64,000 nucleotides of DNA. It comes from an uncultured Acidobacteriota bacterium (lineage in GTDB: Bacteria; Acidobacteriota; UBA6911). The notes beneath the pieces are model-generated. The model worked only from the letters and a program-made list of their open reading frames with translations, had not been told where the DNA came from and made no database searches. The stretch covers positions 544,001 through 608,000 of the forward strand of contig CAWJKZ010000013.1 of the NCBI GenBank assembly GCA_963843575.1. Reading direction: 5' to 3'. Positions within the stretch are counted from its first letter, which is position 1. Each line of letters opens with the position of its first letter. Made by a program: the position numbers and the translations under genes. This document shows positions 29,521 to 39,497 of the stretch, piece by piece.

Positions 29521-30408
29521 CTATTGCGCACCTTTGACGCGCATGCGGAGCGAGTAAACGGCGGTGCTGGCGGTGATGAACAGGGTTCGGCGGTCTTTGC
29601 CGCCGAAGGTGACGTTGGCCGTCCAGCGCTGATCCACGTCGATGTGCTCGATCTGCCTGCCTGTCGCGTCGAAGACAGTCACACCCTTGCCGGTCAGGTA
29701 GAGGTTCCCTTTTTCGTCCAGCGTCATCCCATCGGAGCCAAGGTCGCAGAACAACCTCTTGCCGGCGAGGGAACCGTCGTGCCGGATTTCATACGCCCAG
29801 GTTTTTCCGGCGCCGATGTCGGAGACGTAGAGCGTCTTGCCCTCCGGGGTACCGACGATGCCGTTGGGTTGCATCATGTCGTCGATCACGCGGGTGAGGG
29901 ATCTCCGGTCGGGCGAGAGCCGGTACACGTGCTGTCCGTCCTGCTCCATCGGCCCCCGGTTCCAGTAGGGGCGTTTGTACAGGGGGTCCGTGAAATAGGC
30001 GGCGTTGTCAGGCGCTACCCACACGTCGTTGGGACCGTTGAGCAGTCTGCCGCCGTACTCCTTGACCAGCACTGTGACCTTGCCGCTGCGATCGATGGCC
30101 CAGAGTTCGTTCTTCTCGTCGGCGCAGGCGAGCAGGGCTCCGTGGCGGTCGAACTCGAGTCCGTTTGAGCGGCCGGAAGGTGCCAGGAACGTGCTCAGCC
30201 TGCCCGCCACGCTCCACTTCAGGATGCGGTCGTTCGGTTGATCGGTGAAAAACACGTTGCCTTGCCTGTCCGCGGCGGGCCCTTCGGTGAACTTGAATCC
30301 GTCGGCCAGCTTTTCCAGTTTTGCCCCGGGGGCAACGATTCCATCTGTGGCCGGCGCCAGGGCACACCCCAGGATGAAGGACACCCATGTCATTGTTCGC
30401 ATCGCCAC
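29521..30408 (-). CDS. exported SMP-30/gluconolactonase family protein
   Basis: FTEGP, LNGPND, YFTDP, PNGI, DGM; signal peptide. Confidence 0.92.
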   Translation of the reverse strand: MAMRTMTWVSFILGCALAPATDGIVAPGAKLEKLADGFKFTEGPAADRQGNVFFTDQPNDRILKWSVAGRLSTFLAPSGRSNGLEFDRHGALLACADEKNELWAIDRSGKVTVLVKEYGGRLLNGPNDVWVAPDNAAYFTDPLYKRPYWNRGPMEQDGQHVYRLSPDRRSLTRVIDDMMQPNGIVGTPEGKTLYVSDIGAGKTWAYEIRHDGSLAGKRLFCDLGSDGMTLDEKGNLYLTGKGVTVFDATGRQIEHIDVDQRWTANVTFGGKDRRTLFITASTAVYSLRMRVKGAQ

Positions 30409-30577
30409 TCCCCCGCCGGCCCCCTGCCGGGTCAGGCCCTTGAGTGTTGGCTCGGAGATCGCGTACCGCCGCTGTTTCGCTGGGACCGGAGCAGTTGCGC
30501 CGCCACACCCGATAACAGGACCTGACCGCTCAGGCTGCCGATGATAAAATGGGAGACTATTTTAACAGGATGGGGGA

Positions 30578-32590
30578 ATGAACGGACACATCAGACTGGA
30601 CCGGCGGTGGCGTACCCTCGGGGTTGCGGTCGTCTTGGCCTCGGTTTTATCCGGCTGCACCCGGGTGCCGATCAGGAACGTAGGCGAGCAGGTGGTGGTG
30701 CTGGGCTTTGACGGGGCCGACCCCAAATTGCTCGCCCGGTGGATCGCGGAAGGGAAGCTCCCGAACATCGAGAAACTCGGCCGTACCGGAACGATTCAGC
30801 CCCTCGGCACCACCGAGCCTCCGGAATCACCGGTCGCGTGGGCGTCTTTCGCCACCGGCACAAACCCGGGAAAACACGGGATCTTCGACTTCCTGAAGGT
30901 GAACCGGACGAACTACATTCCCGACATCGGGCTGGTCGACGTTCAGAAACCGAAGTTCCTCCTGCACACGATCCCAGTCAAGCGGCCGGTGATCACGAAC
31001 AACCGCAAGGGTAAGCCTTTCTACCGGACGATCGCGGAACAGGGCATCGTCACATCCGTGCTGCGGATGCCCCTCTCGCTTCCCCCCGACGAACTGCCCA
31101 ACGGTAATCTGCTCGCCGGACTGGGCGTCCCCGACGTCCGCAAGACTTGGGGCACTTTCTTCTATTTCGCGACGGATCTCACCCAGTGGGACGTCGGCAA
31201 CACTGAATTCGGCGGCGTGCTCGTTCGGCTGGAACGGAGCGATGCCAGGATCAAGACCAGGATCGAGGGGCCTTACGACCCGCGTTACGACGACTACCGC
31301 CGCCTGGTGCTCCCGATGGAACTCGAGCCCACCCCGGACAGGCGTGCCCTGAAGATCGAGGTTGGCGGGCAAGAGCAGACGGTGCCGGAAGGTGGCTGGA
31401 GCGACTGGTTCGACCTCCGCTTCCGCGGAGGCATGTTTGTCGACGTGCGGGGCATCAGCCGTTTCTACGTGCTCGAAGTCTACCCGGAGATCCGCCTGTA
31501 CCTCGAGCCCATCAGCATGGATCCGAGGAATCCACCGGTACCGATATCCAGCCCGCCCGGTTTCTCCTCGGAACTCGTGCGGCGCATCGGCCTGTACAAG
31601 ACTATGGGGTGGGTGCACGAGACTTGGGGACTGAACGAGGAGAAGATCGACGAAAAGGTCTTTCTGGAGGACACGTTTCGCAACATGGATTCGCTCGAGG
31701 CCGCAGTGATGGACCAGCTGGCTGCGAAACCGCCGCTGCTGGTGGCCGTCTTCACCGCCACCGACAGCATCTCGCACACGTTCTTCCGCTTTCTCGATCC
31801 CGAACACCCCAGGTACGACGCGGCGCTGGTGCCGCAGTTCGGCGACGCGGTCCTGCGCAGCTATCAGCGGATGGACTCGATCATCGGAAAGGTGCACGAC
31901 AAGATCGGCGACAGAGCGACCCTGATCGTCGTCAGCGACCACGGATTCCACACGTGGCGGCGCGAGTTCAACACCAACACGTGGCTCGCCCGCAACGGCT
32001 TCATCGCCATGAAGAAGCAATCGACGGACTCGTCGACCAGGAAGATGGACGACATGTTCAGCGGAGGGAGTTTTTTCCCGAACGTCGACTGGAGCCGCAC
32101 CAAGGCGTACAGCCTGGGGCTTGGCGGCATCTTCATCAACCTCAAGGGGCGCGAAGGCCAAGGCTCGGTTGCACCGGGCGCGGAATACGAAGAGGTGCGC
32201 CACCAGATCATGGCAAAGCTTAAGCAGTTTCAGGATCCGGATACGGGCGCTCCCGTCATACAGGGCGTCTACAAGCGGGAAGACATATTTCACGGGCCCG
32301 AAACCGGACACGCGCCGGACCTGCAGCTCTCCTTCCACGACGGCTACCGCACGTCGTGGCAGACCGCCCTCGGAGCGATCCCGGAAGACATCGTGGTCGC
32401 CAACATGAAAAAGTGGAGTGGTGATCACTGCGCATCCGACAGCTCGGATACCCTTGGGATTCTGCTTTCCAACCGCCGAATCGCGCCTGAGAAGTACTCC
32501 ATCATCGATATCGGGCCCACGGTAATTCGGCTGTTCGGGTTGCCGGTGCCGGCCGAAATGGATGGCCGTCCCATCTTGTTCGCGCCTTGA
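30578..32590 (+). CDS. alkaline phosphatase superfamily (type I phosphodiesterase/NPP-like) lipoprotein
   Basis: Lipobox LSGC, GFDGAD, ESPVAW, GKHGIFDF, DSISH, SDHG, SGDH. Confidence 0.85.
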   Translation: MNGHIRLDRRWRTLGVAVVLASVLSGCTRVPIRNVGEQVVVLGFDGADPKLLARWIAEGKLPNIEKLGRTGTIQPLGTTEPPESPVAWASFATGTNPGKHGIFDFLKVNRTNYIPDIGLVDVQKPKFLLHTIPVKRPVITNNRKGKPFYRTIAEQGIVTSVLRMPLSLPPDELPNGNLLAGLGVPDVRKTWGTFFYFATDLTQWDVGNTEFGGVLVRLERSDARIKTRIEGPYDPRYDDYRRLVLPMELEPTPDRRALKIEVGGQEQTVPEGGWSDWFDLRFRGGMFVDVRGISRFYVLEVYPEIRLYLEPISMDPRNPPVPISSPPGFSSELVRRIGLYKTMGWVHETWGLNEEKIDEKVFLEDTFRNMDSLEAAVMDQLAAKPPLLVAVFTATDSISHTFFRFLDPEHPRYDAALVPQFGDAVLRSYQRMDSIIGKVHDKIGDRATLIVVSDHGFHTWRREFNTNTWLARNGFIAMKKQSTDSSTRKMDDMFSGGSFFPNVDWSRTKAYSLGLGGIFINLKGREGQGSVAPGAEYEEVRHQIMAKLKQFQDPDTGAPVIQGVYKREDIFHGPETGHAPDLQLSFHDGYRTSWQTALGAIPEDIVVANMKKWSGDHCASDSSDTLGILLSNRRIAPEKYSIIDIGPTVIRLFGLPVPAEMDGRPILFAP

Positions 32591-33618
32591 GCGGAGTCCG
32601 CCCTTCCAAAATGCACACGGCGTCCGAAGCGATGGATCTCTCGATCGTGATCCCGACCTGGAGGGGACGGGATCTGCTGGAGGCCTATCTGCCTTCGGTA
32701 CTGGCCGCCGCAGAGCGGTATCGCGAACAGACCGCGAGGGAGTTCGAGGTCATTCTGGTGGACGACGCCGGCGGAGACGACACTGCGGACTGGGTCCGGA
32801 CGGCATACGGCGACGGGGTGAAGCTCGTGCAGCACACGCGCAACATGGGATTCCCGGCAGCCTGCCAGACCGGATTCGAGACCGCGCGCTTCCCGCTCGT
32901 GCTCCTGCTCAACAACGACGTGCGGCTCGCACCCGACTGCATCGCCCCCATGGCCGCGCACTTCAGGGACCTCGACGTTTTCGCCGTAACCGGTAAGATG
33001 TTCAACCAGGGCGAAGACCGGTTCTGCAACGGCGGCAAGATCGCCCGGTTCCGGCGCGGCATGTGGAGCACCTACGAGAACTATGACGTTCGGCCAGGGG
33101 CGCCGCCGGACGCGCTGTTCCTGTCCTTCACCGCCATCGGCGCGTTCTCCGCCTTCAGCCGCGCCCGGTTCCTGGAGCTCGGCGGCTTCGATCCGCTCGC
33201 GGCCATGGTGGAGGATGTCGAGTTGTCCTACCGGGGGTGGAAACGCGGGTGGGCGGTTCTGTACGAACCGCGCAGCATCGCCTACCACGACGCGAGCAGG
33301 ACGATGGACCGCCGCTACCGGCGCCGCCAGCTCGACAAGCTTTCCAGACGAAACTGGATCCTGATGCACTGGATGCTCCTCCACGACCGGGGCATGTTCG
33401 CCACCCATATCCTTGCGATCGCGACGCGGTTTCTGGCCAGCTGGCTTATACTTGACTGGCGCTTCTACTGGGCCATCTTCAGCGGTCTCGGCCACCTGCC
33501 GGCCATCGTAAGAAAACGCCGGCGGACCCGTCTGGACATGGTCCGGACTGATCGCGAGCTGCTGCGCACCCTGGAGCATTTCTACCGCACGGCGCCGATC
33601 GCGCCGCGCAAGGCCTGA
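32587..33618 (+). CDS. GT2 glycosyltransferase
   Basis: SIVIPT, VDD, NMGF, LNND, EDVELSYR. Start may instead be at 32632. Confidence 0.9.
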   Translation: MSGVRPSKMHTASEAMDLSIVIPTWRGRDLLEAYLPSVLAAAERYREQTAREFEVILVDDAGGDDTADWVRTAYGDGVKLVQHTRNMGFPAACQTGFETARFPLVLLLNNDVRLAPDCIAPMAAHFRDLDVFAVTGKMFNQGEDRFCNGGKIARFRRGMWSTYENYDVRPGAPPDALFLSFTAIGAFSAFSRARFLELGGFDPLAAMVEDVELSYRGWKRGWAVLYEPRSIAYHDASRTMDRRYRRRQLDKLSRRNWILMHWMLLHDRGMFATHILAIATRFLASWLILDWRFYWAIFSGLGHLPAIVRKRRRTRLDMVRTDRELLRTLEHFYRTAPIAPRKA

Positions 33619-33629
33619 CGCCTCCGCCC

Positions 33630-34397
33630 ATGGAACCGGTTTCCGCGACCCTCATAACCTTTAACGAAGAGGCCAACATTCGGGCGGCGCTCGAGTCGGT
33701 CCGCTGGTGCCGCGATATCGTGGTGGTCGACTCCGGCAGCTCGGACGACACGGTCCGGATCTGCCGGGGGTATACCGACAAGGTCTTCCACCGCGACTGG
33801 ACCGGCTACGTGGACCAGAAGTCCTTTGCCGTCGAACGAGCCGGCCATGACTGGATCTTCTCCCTCGACGCCGACGAGAGGACCAGCCCGGAACTCAGGG
33901 CCGAAATCCTCGACCGCCTGCAAAACGAGCCGCAGGAGGCAGGCTACCGGATTCCGCGCGTCACCTGGTTCATGGGGCGGTGGATCCGGCACGGCGACTG
34001 GTACCCGGACTACCAGTTGCGTCTGTTCGACCGGCGCCGCGGCGGCTGGCAGGGTGGACGGGTCCACGAGTCTGTCCGGGTCGGCGGTCCCGTCGGGCTT
34101 CTCAAGGGCGAGATTCAGCATTTCACGTACCGGACCCTCTCGGATTACCTGCGGCGGCTGGAATCCTATTCCACGCTGGCCGCAGCTGATTACGAGCAAC
34201 GTGGCAAACGGTCGGGCCCCTTCCGCATGCTCGGCGACCCCTTCGCGACCTTCCTGAAGGCCTATCTCCTGAGAAGGGGATTCCTCGACGGGGTGCCGGG
34301 CCTCATGGTTGCGTTCATGGGCGCGATTTCGGTCTACTTCAAATACGCCAAGCTGTACGAGCGGCAGTTGGGCCAACGCTCCCGCGGCGACGCCTGA
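33630..34397 (+). CDS. GT2 glycosyltransferase (WaaE/KdtX-like)
   Basis: NEE, VDSGSSD, LDADE, YPDYQLRLF, VHE, GFLDG. Confidence 0.9.
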   Translation: MEPVSATLITFNEEANIRAALESVRWCRDIVVVDSGSSDDTVRICRGYTDKVFHRDWTGYVDQKSFAVERAGHDWIFSLDADERTSPELRAEILDRLQNEPQEAGYRIPRVTWFMGRWIRHGDWYPDYQLRLFDRRRGGWQGGRVHESVRVGGPVGLLKGEIQHFTYRTLSDYLRRLESYSTLAAADYEQRGKRSGPFRMLGDPFATFLKAYLLRRGFLDGVPGLMVAFMGAISVYFKYAKLYERQLGQRSRGDA

Positions 34398-34462
34398 GAC
34401 CCCCTCCGCCGGTGCGACAGGCTATGCTATAGTTCAGGCTTAACCGAAAGGAAAAGCGGCTG

Positions 34463-35224
34463 ATGAAAGGCGTCGTGCTTGCCGGAGGATTGGGATCGCG
34501 GCTGTATCCCCTGACCAAGGTCACAAACAAACACCTGCTGCCGATCTACAACAAGCCGATGATCTACTACCCCATTGCGACGCTCGTCGGGGCCGGCATC
34601 CGCGACATTCTCGTAGTGACAGGGGGAAAGAACGCAGGCGAGTTTCTGCGCCTGCTCGGCAACGGCAGGGAATTCGGCTTGCGCCACATCAATTACACAT
34701 ACCAGGAAGGCGAAGGCGGTATCGCGGCGGCGCTTTCGCTCGCGGAGTTTTTCGCCGACGGCGAGCCGATCTGCGTCATCCTTGGAGACAACATCATCGA
34801 ACGGTCCATCGCTCCCTACGTGAAGAATTTCGAGGGACAGGGGGCCGGCGCCCGCATTCTCCTGAAGGAAGTCGATGACCCGCAACGGTTCGGTGTCCCA
34901 GAGATCCGGGGCAGCCAGATCGTCAGGATTGATGAGAAGCCCGCGGTCCCGGCGTCCAGTTTCGCGGTGACCGGGATCTACATGTACGACGCCGAGGTGT
35001 TCGCCTTCATCCGCACCCTCCAGCCATCGGGACGCGGCGAACTGGAGATCACCGACGTCAACAACGCCTACATCGCCAAGGGTGCGATGGCCTACGACAT
35101 TCTCGACGGCTGGTGGACCGACGCGGGCACATTCGAATCCCTGCTGCGCGCCTCCAACCTCGTGGCGCAGAAGGCGACCCGTGAGACACAGCCGGACAGC
35201 CGATCCCTCGCGACCAACGGCTGA
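34463..35224 (+). CDS. rfbA: glucose-1-phosphate thymidylyltransferase (short SpsI-like form)
   Basis: LAGGLGSRLYPLT, KHLLPIY, EKP, RGELEITD, WTDAGT. Confidence 0.9.
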   Translation: MKGVVLAGGLGSRLYPLTKVTNKHLLPIYNKPMIYYPIATLVGAGIRDILVVTGGKNAGEFLRLLGNGREFGLRHINYTYQEGEGGIAAALSLAEFFADGEPICVILGDNIIERSIAPYVKNFEGQGAGARILLKEVDDPQRFGVPEIRGSQIVRIDEKPAVPASSFAVTGIYMYDAEVFAFIRTLQPSGRGELEITDVNNAYIAKGAMAYDILDGWWTDAGTFESLLRASNLVAQKATRETQPDSRSLATNG

Positions 35225-35305
35225 GCCTGGCGACGCTGTTGAGCGCAAGGAGAGCGCCGGCTCACACCGCTGCCAGGAATGCGGGGCTGATTCTTCTCCC
35301 GGAAT

Positions 35306-36151
35306 ATGAAAGTTCTCATTGTGGGTTCGCGTGGCATGCTCGGCACCGATCTGGCCGGGCAGTTCGGCGAAAAAGACCAGGTAGTGGGGTACGACGTCGA
35401 CGAACTCGACATCACCGACCCATCGCAGTGCCGTGCACGTCTGCACAAAATCCGTCCCGACGTCACCCTATGCGCGGCGGCCCTGACGGCCGTCGACTAC
35501 TGCGAGGCGCACGAGGACGAGGCCGCGCGTGTCAACGGGACAGGGCCCGGACTTCTGGCTGCGGCCGCGGCCGAGGTCGGCTCGTTACTGGTGCACTTCA
35601 GCACGGATTACGTCTACGACGGCCGGAAAGTCGGGCCCTACGTCGAGGAGGACCCGCCGAATCCGCTCAGCGCCTACGGCAGGTCCAAGCTGCTGGGGGA
35701 CCGGCAGGTACAGCGGCATTGCCCGCGGCACCTGATCCTGCGCACGTCGTGGCTGTTCGGCCCGAACGGAAAGAACTTCATACGCACCATCCTGGGCGCC
35801 GCCCGGCAGGGACTGCCCCTCCGGGTCGTGAGCGATCAGCACGGCTGCCCGACCTACACGCGGGACCTGGCCGCGCACACGGCGCTCCTGCTCAACTCGG
35901 GCCGGACCGGCATTTACCATGTGACGAACGACGGAGAGTGCACCTGGTACGATCTCGCGCGCTTCGCGCTGGACTGCGCCGGGTTGCACGACGTCCGGAT
36001 TACGCCCGTGGACACGTCCGAATTCCCCCGGCCTGCGCCCCGACCGGCCCGATCGGTCCTGGCCAACGCCAGGCTCCGGCGCGAAGGGTTCCCCCGGATG
36101 CGGCCCTGGCAGCAGGCCGTCCACCAGTACGTCGCCGAGTTCGGCGGCTGA
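35306..36151 (+). CDS. rfbD: dTDP-4-dehydrorhamnose reductase
   Basis: GSRGMLG, TAVD, STDYVYDG, YGRSK, DQHGCPT, RP. Confidence 0.95.
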   Translation: MKVLIVGSRGMLGTDLAGQFGEKDQVVGYDVDELDITDPSQCRARLHKIRPDVTLCAAALTAVDYCEAHEDEAARVNGTGPGLLAAAAAEVGSLLVHFSTDYVYDGRKVGPYVEEDPPNPLSAYGRSKLLGDRQVQRHCPRHLILRTSWLFGPNGKNFIRTILGAARQGLPLRVVSDQHGCPTYTRDLAAHTALLLNSGRTGIYHVTNDGECTWYDLARFALDCAGLHDVRITPVDTSEFPRPAPRPARSVLANARLRREGFPRMRPWQQAVHQYVAEFGG

Positions 36152-36172
36152 CCACAGATTCAGGATCCAACA

Positions 36173-36646
36173 ATGACCGCAGAAAAGAGCGACGCCCCGG
36201 AAAAGCTGATCGCCGCGAACAGAAAGGCGCTGCACGACTATTTCATCCTCGACCGGCTGGAAGCCGGGCTGGCGCTCCTCGGCACGGAAGTGAAGTCCAT
36301 CCGCGCCGGACGCATCAACCTCAAGGACAGTTATGCAGCGGTGCGCGAAGGGCAGGCCTACCTGCACAACTGCCACGTCAGCCCGTACTCCCACGGCAAC
36401 CGCGAGAACCACGACCCGACCCGGACCCGCAAACTGTTGCTGCACGCCCGGGAAATTCGCAAACTCATTGGAAAAACTCAGGAAAAGGGATTGACCCTTG
36501 TGCCCTTGCGCGTGTATCTAAAGCGCGGCAGGATAAAGGTGGAGCTAGGTATCGCCCGCGGCAAGAAGCTGTACGACAAGCGCGAAACCGAACGGCGCAA
36601 AGAAGTGGACCGGGAAGCCAAGGCGGCCATGTCACGGCGCCCCTGA
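36173..36646 (+). CDS. smpB: SsrA-binding protein
   Basis: [30 protein letters not shown]. Confidence 0.97.
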   Translation: MTAEKSDAPEKLIAANRKALHDYFILDRLEAGLALLGTEVKSIRAGRINLKDSYAAVREGQAYLHNCHVSPYSHGNRENHDPTRTRKLLLHAREIRKLIGKTQEKGLTLVPLRVYLKRGRIKVELGIARGKKLYDKRETERRKEVDREAKAAMSRRP

Positions 36647-36662
36647 CGTCAGGGAGGTTCCA

Positions 36663-38150
36663 ATGCAGACAGAGTTCCAGGCCGGCAACTACGCCGAATT
36701 AGCATGCGATCTGGTTGCATTCCCCATCTACGAGGGCGAATCCGCCGACATTCCGGAACTCAGGGCCCTCGATCAGGCTGCTCGCGGCCTGATCGCCTCA
36801 ATGCTCGCTTCCGGGGAGTTCAAGGCCGAACTGCATCGCACGGCTCTCCTGCACAATCCTCCCGGACTCAAAGCAAAAAAGCTCCTGCTGGTCGGTGGCG
36901 GGAAACAGCAGGACCTGACCCTGGCGCGCGTGAGGGAGCTGGCCGGAACCGCCGTCCGCCAGGCCCGCACGACGCTGTCCGGCCATGTCGCCTTCGTGAA
37001 TCGCAACGGGTTCGCGGCAGCCGATGCCGCAAAGGTCCTCACCGAAGGGGCGCTGTACGCCAACTACGAAGCCGATATCTACAAGACCCGAGACAAAGAA
37101 GGGCGGGATGTCGCGCGCTTCACCGTCGCCGGCATACGCCCGAAGAATCGCGACGAGGCCTCCGAAGCGATACGACGCGGGACCGTCCTCGGGGAGGCCA
37201 CGAACTTCGCACGGACGCTGGCCAACGAGCCGTCAAATATCATGACCCCCTCTCAGCTCGCCCAGAAAGCGGCAGAAGTGGGCGGACGCGCCGGGTTGGA
37301 GGTCCAGACCCTCGACCGCGACGACATGGAAAAGCTCGGGATGAACACGCTGCTGGCCGTCGCCCGGGGCAGTGATGAGCCCCCAAGGATGATCATCCTG
37401 CGCATCAAAGGACGCTCAGGCCGGAAACGGGGGAAAACACCGCTATTTGCCTTGGTTGGGAAAGGCGTCACTTTCGACAGCGGCGGCATTTCGATCAAAC
37501 CCGCGGAGAAGATGGAGGACATGAAAGCCGACATGGCGGGAGGGGCGGCCGTTCTGGGCGCCATGGTCGCCCTGGCCCAGCTCAAGCCGCGACGCGACGT
37601 GATCGGCATCGTCCCCGCCGTCGAAAACCTCCCGAGCGGCAAGGCCTCGCGGCCCGGCGATGTCGTCAAGTCCTACCTGGGCAAGACTGTTGAGATCATC
37701 AACACCGACGCCGAGGGGCGGCTGATCCTGGCCGACGCGCTGGCCTATGCCCGGACTCTCGGCGCCACGAACATCGTGGACATCGCCACCCTCACCGGCG
37801 CATGCGTCATCGCGCTCGGCATGGTCAACGCCGGAGTCATGGGTACCGACCAGAACACCATCAACCGCCTCCGCAACAACTGCCACGTCACCGGCGAGAA
37901 ACTGTGGCAGCTTCCCATTGACGAGGAATACCGCAAGGCCATAAAGAGCGAAATCGCCGACATGAAAAACGTCGGCAACCGCTGGGGTGGCGCTATCACC
38001 GCCGCGAAATTCCTGCAGGAGTTTGTCGAGGACACCCCCTGGGTGCACCTTGACATCGCCGGAATGGATCTCGATCACGATGGCCGCCCGTTCGCGGCCA
38101 AAGGCGCCACCGGTTTCGGGGTCCGCACTCTCGTACAACTCTTGGTCTGA
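36663..38150 (+). CDS. pepA: M17 leucyl aminopeptidase
   Basis: VGKGVTFDSGG, MKADMAG, NTDAEGRL, HLDIAG. Confidence 0.96.
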   Translation: MQTEFQAGNYAELACDLVAFPIYEGESADIPELRALDQAARGLIASMLASGEFKAELHRTALLHNPPGLKAKKLLLVGGGKQQDLTLARVRELAGTAVRQARTTLSGHVAFVNRNGFAAADAAKVLTEGALYANYEADIYKTRDKEGRDVARFTVAGIRPKNRDEASEAIRRGTVLGEATNFARTLANEPSNIMTPSQLAQKAAEVGGRAGLEVQTLDRDDMEKLGMNTLLAVARGSDEPPRMIILRIKGRSGRKRGKTPLFALVGKGVTFDSGGISIKPAEKMEDMKADMAGGAAVLGAMVALAQLKPRRDVIGIVPAVENLPSGKASRPGDVVKSYLGKTVEIINTDAEGRLILADALAYARTLGATNIVDIATLTGACVIALGMVNAGVMGTDQNTINRLRNNCHVTGEKLWQLPIDEEYRKAIKSEIADMKNVGNRWGGAITAAKFLQEFVEDTPWVHLDIAGMDLDHDGRPFAAKGATGFGVRTLVQLLV

Positions 38151-38256
38151 TTGATGAAGCGAATACGGCGGGAAGGGGCCGCAGAGCCACGCAACGAGCT
38201 TCAGAAAGACGCCCGTTTCGGCTCACAACGGGCGGGGCGGACCGCCCCCGCCCTCT

Positions 38257-38583
38257 TTATTCGAGGTCGACTTCGTCCGGTTCCTGGTCTTCATTCTGCT
38301 TGTACATGTACTTTATGACGCTCTTCAGAATGAGAAGGTTCGGACCGTCCTGCCGGTGTACCTTGATGCAGTTCTTGTCGTACCACTCTATTACGCCCCG
38401 AATCTCCTCGTCGTCAACCAGCTTGACCACCATCGGAGTCTTTGCAGCCATCTGCTTGATGTAATAATAGTTTTCCGCGTTCGTCACATCGGGAGGCACT
38501 CGCTTCCGAGGCGCGGCGCCATAACGGGGCATCTGATCCTTTATCTCCGACAGGCTCGGCCGGATCAGCTTACGATTTACCAT
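38257..38583 (-). CDS. Hfq-like Sm-fold protein (atypical paralog)
   Basis: Helix followed by Sm1-like VKLVDDEEIRGVIEWYD and Sm2-like LLILKSVI; SD GGAGGAG. Confidence 0.75.
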   Translation of the reverse strand: MVNRKLIRPSLSEIKDQMPRYGAAPRKRVPPDVTNAENYYYIKQMAAKTPMVVKLVDDEEIRGVIEWYDKNCIKVHRQDGPNLLILKSVIKYMYKQNEDQEPDEVDLE

Positions 38584-38724
38584 GAAGACACTCCTCCCCG
38601 GAGATAATCAAAAATGGGGGTATTGGTTAATGATGATTGTCTGCCTGCTGCTCGACCGCATATGCAAAGCGTCATCGTTGGAATATGGGCGCGATAGGAT
38701 CTGCCGAAAGCCAGATTGTGTAAA

Positions 38725-38753
38725 ATATTAGCGTAGGACGGTTTCTTTGACAA
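38725..38753 (-). promoter_or_regulatory. sigma70-type promoter for the hfq-like gene
   Basis: TTGTCA-N17-TAATAT on the minus strand. Confidence 0.6.
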
Positions 38754-38775
38754 GCGAAAAGTAATTAGCTAAAGT
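38747..38775 (+). promoter_or_regulatory. sigma70-type promoter for the TPR gene
   Basis: TTGACA-N17-TAAAGT. Confidence 0.6.
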
Positions 38776-38841
38776 TTTCGCGAGCTGTCACTTATAAGCA
38801 GGACGCAAGCCCGGGATCGGTTTCCCCGGACGGGCTTTCGC

Positions 38842-39273
38842 ATGGTATCGATGTCTATTCTCAGAACAATCGGTCTGGCCCTGCCGGTTCTGCTGGCTGC
38901 CCTGGAGCCGCCAGCCTTCTCACAGGCGAAAAAACCCGCGCTCATCCGCGATACGGACACCGCCGAGGGCAAGGAAGCGGCGGAACCATCCAAACCGAAG
39001 GAATACAGTCCGATAGAAGCCGAAAAGAGCCTGCAGGTCGGGAATTTCTACTACAAGGGCAAGAACTACGACGCGGCCATCATGCGCTATCTCGAGGCGC
39101 TGGAGTACCAGCCCGATTCCGTGAAGGCTTTCGAGGCGCTGGCACGCGCCTACGAGAAAAACAAACAGTACGACAAGGCTGTGGCCGTATGCCGGGATTT
39201 TATCCGCATGAACCCGGATTCGCCCAAGGCGGCGGATTTCCGTTCCAGGCTGGCTAAGCTCGAGAAGAAATAG
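38842..39273 (+). CDS. exported TPR protein
   Basis: Signal-like N-terminus; TPR helices GNFYYKGKNYDAAI and LARAYEKNKQYDKA. Confidence 0.85.
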   Translation: MVSMSILRTIGLALPVLLAALEPPAFSQAKKPALIRDTDTAEGKEAAEPSKPKEYSPIEAEKSLQVGNFYYKGKNYDAAIMRYLEALEYQPDSVKAFEALARAYEKNKQYDKAVAVCRDFIRMNPDSPKAADFRSRLAKLEKK

Positions 39274-39290
39274 GCTAACCCCATCTCGCC

Positions 39291-39469
39291 GGTTGAACCG
39301 CCTGCCCTGCCCGCAAAACAAGTGGGTCAGGGCTTCAGCCCGGACGTCCTTTGATCTGATCTATGTGGCAACGGGCGCACGTTATGGCGACCGCAAACAG
39401 CGTCCGGGCTGAAGCCCGGACCCACGTGTATTCTGTTTGGATCGGGCAGATCAACCGTTGGACAGCCTC
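39291..39469. repeat. REP doublet (REPIN/MITE-like element)
   Basis: GTGGGTCAGGGCTTCAGCCCGGAC and inverted GTCCGGGCTGAAGCCCGGACCCAC about 55 bp apart; homologous to 20517-20608. Confidence 0.85.
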
Positions 39470-39497
39470 TCGAGGGTGTACCTCGGGCCGCCCGCGC

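Noticed and set aside
36173-36662. tmRNA next to smpB
   Set aside because: Flanking gaps are only 16-21 bp, and no tRNA-like ends were recognised in the window.
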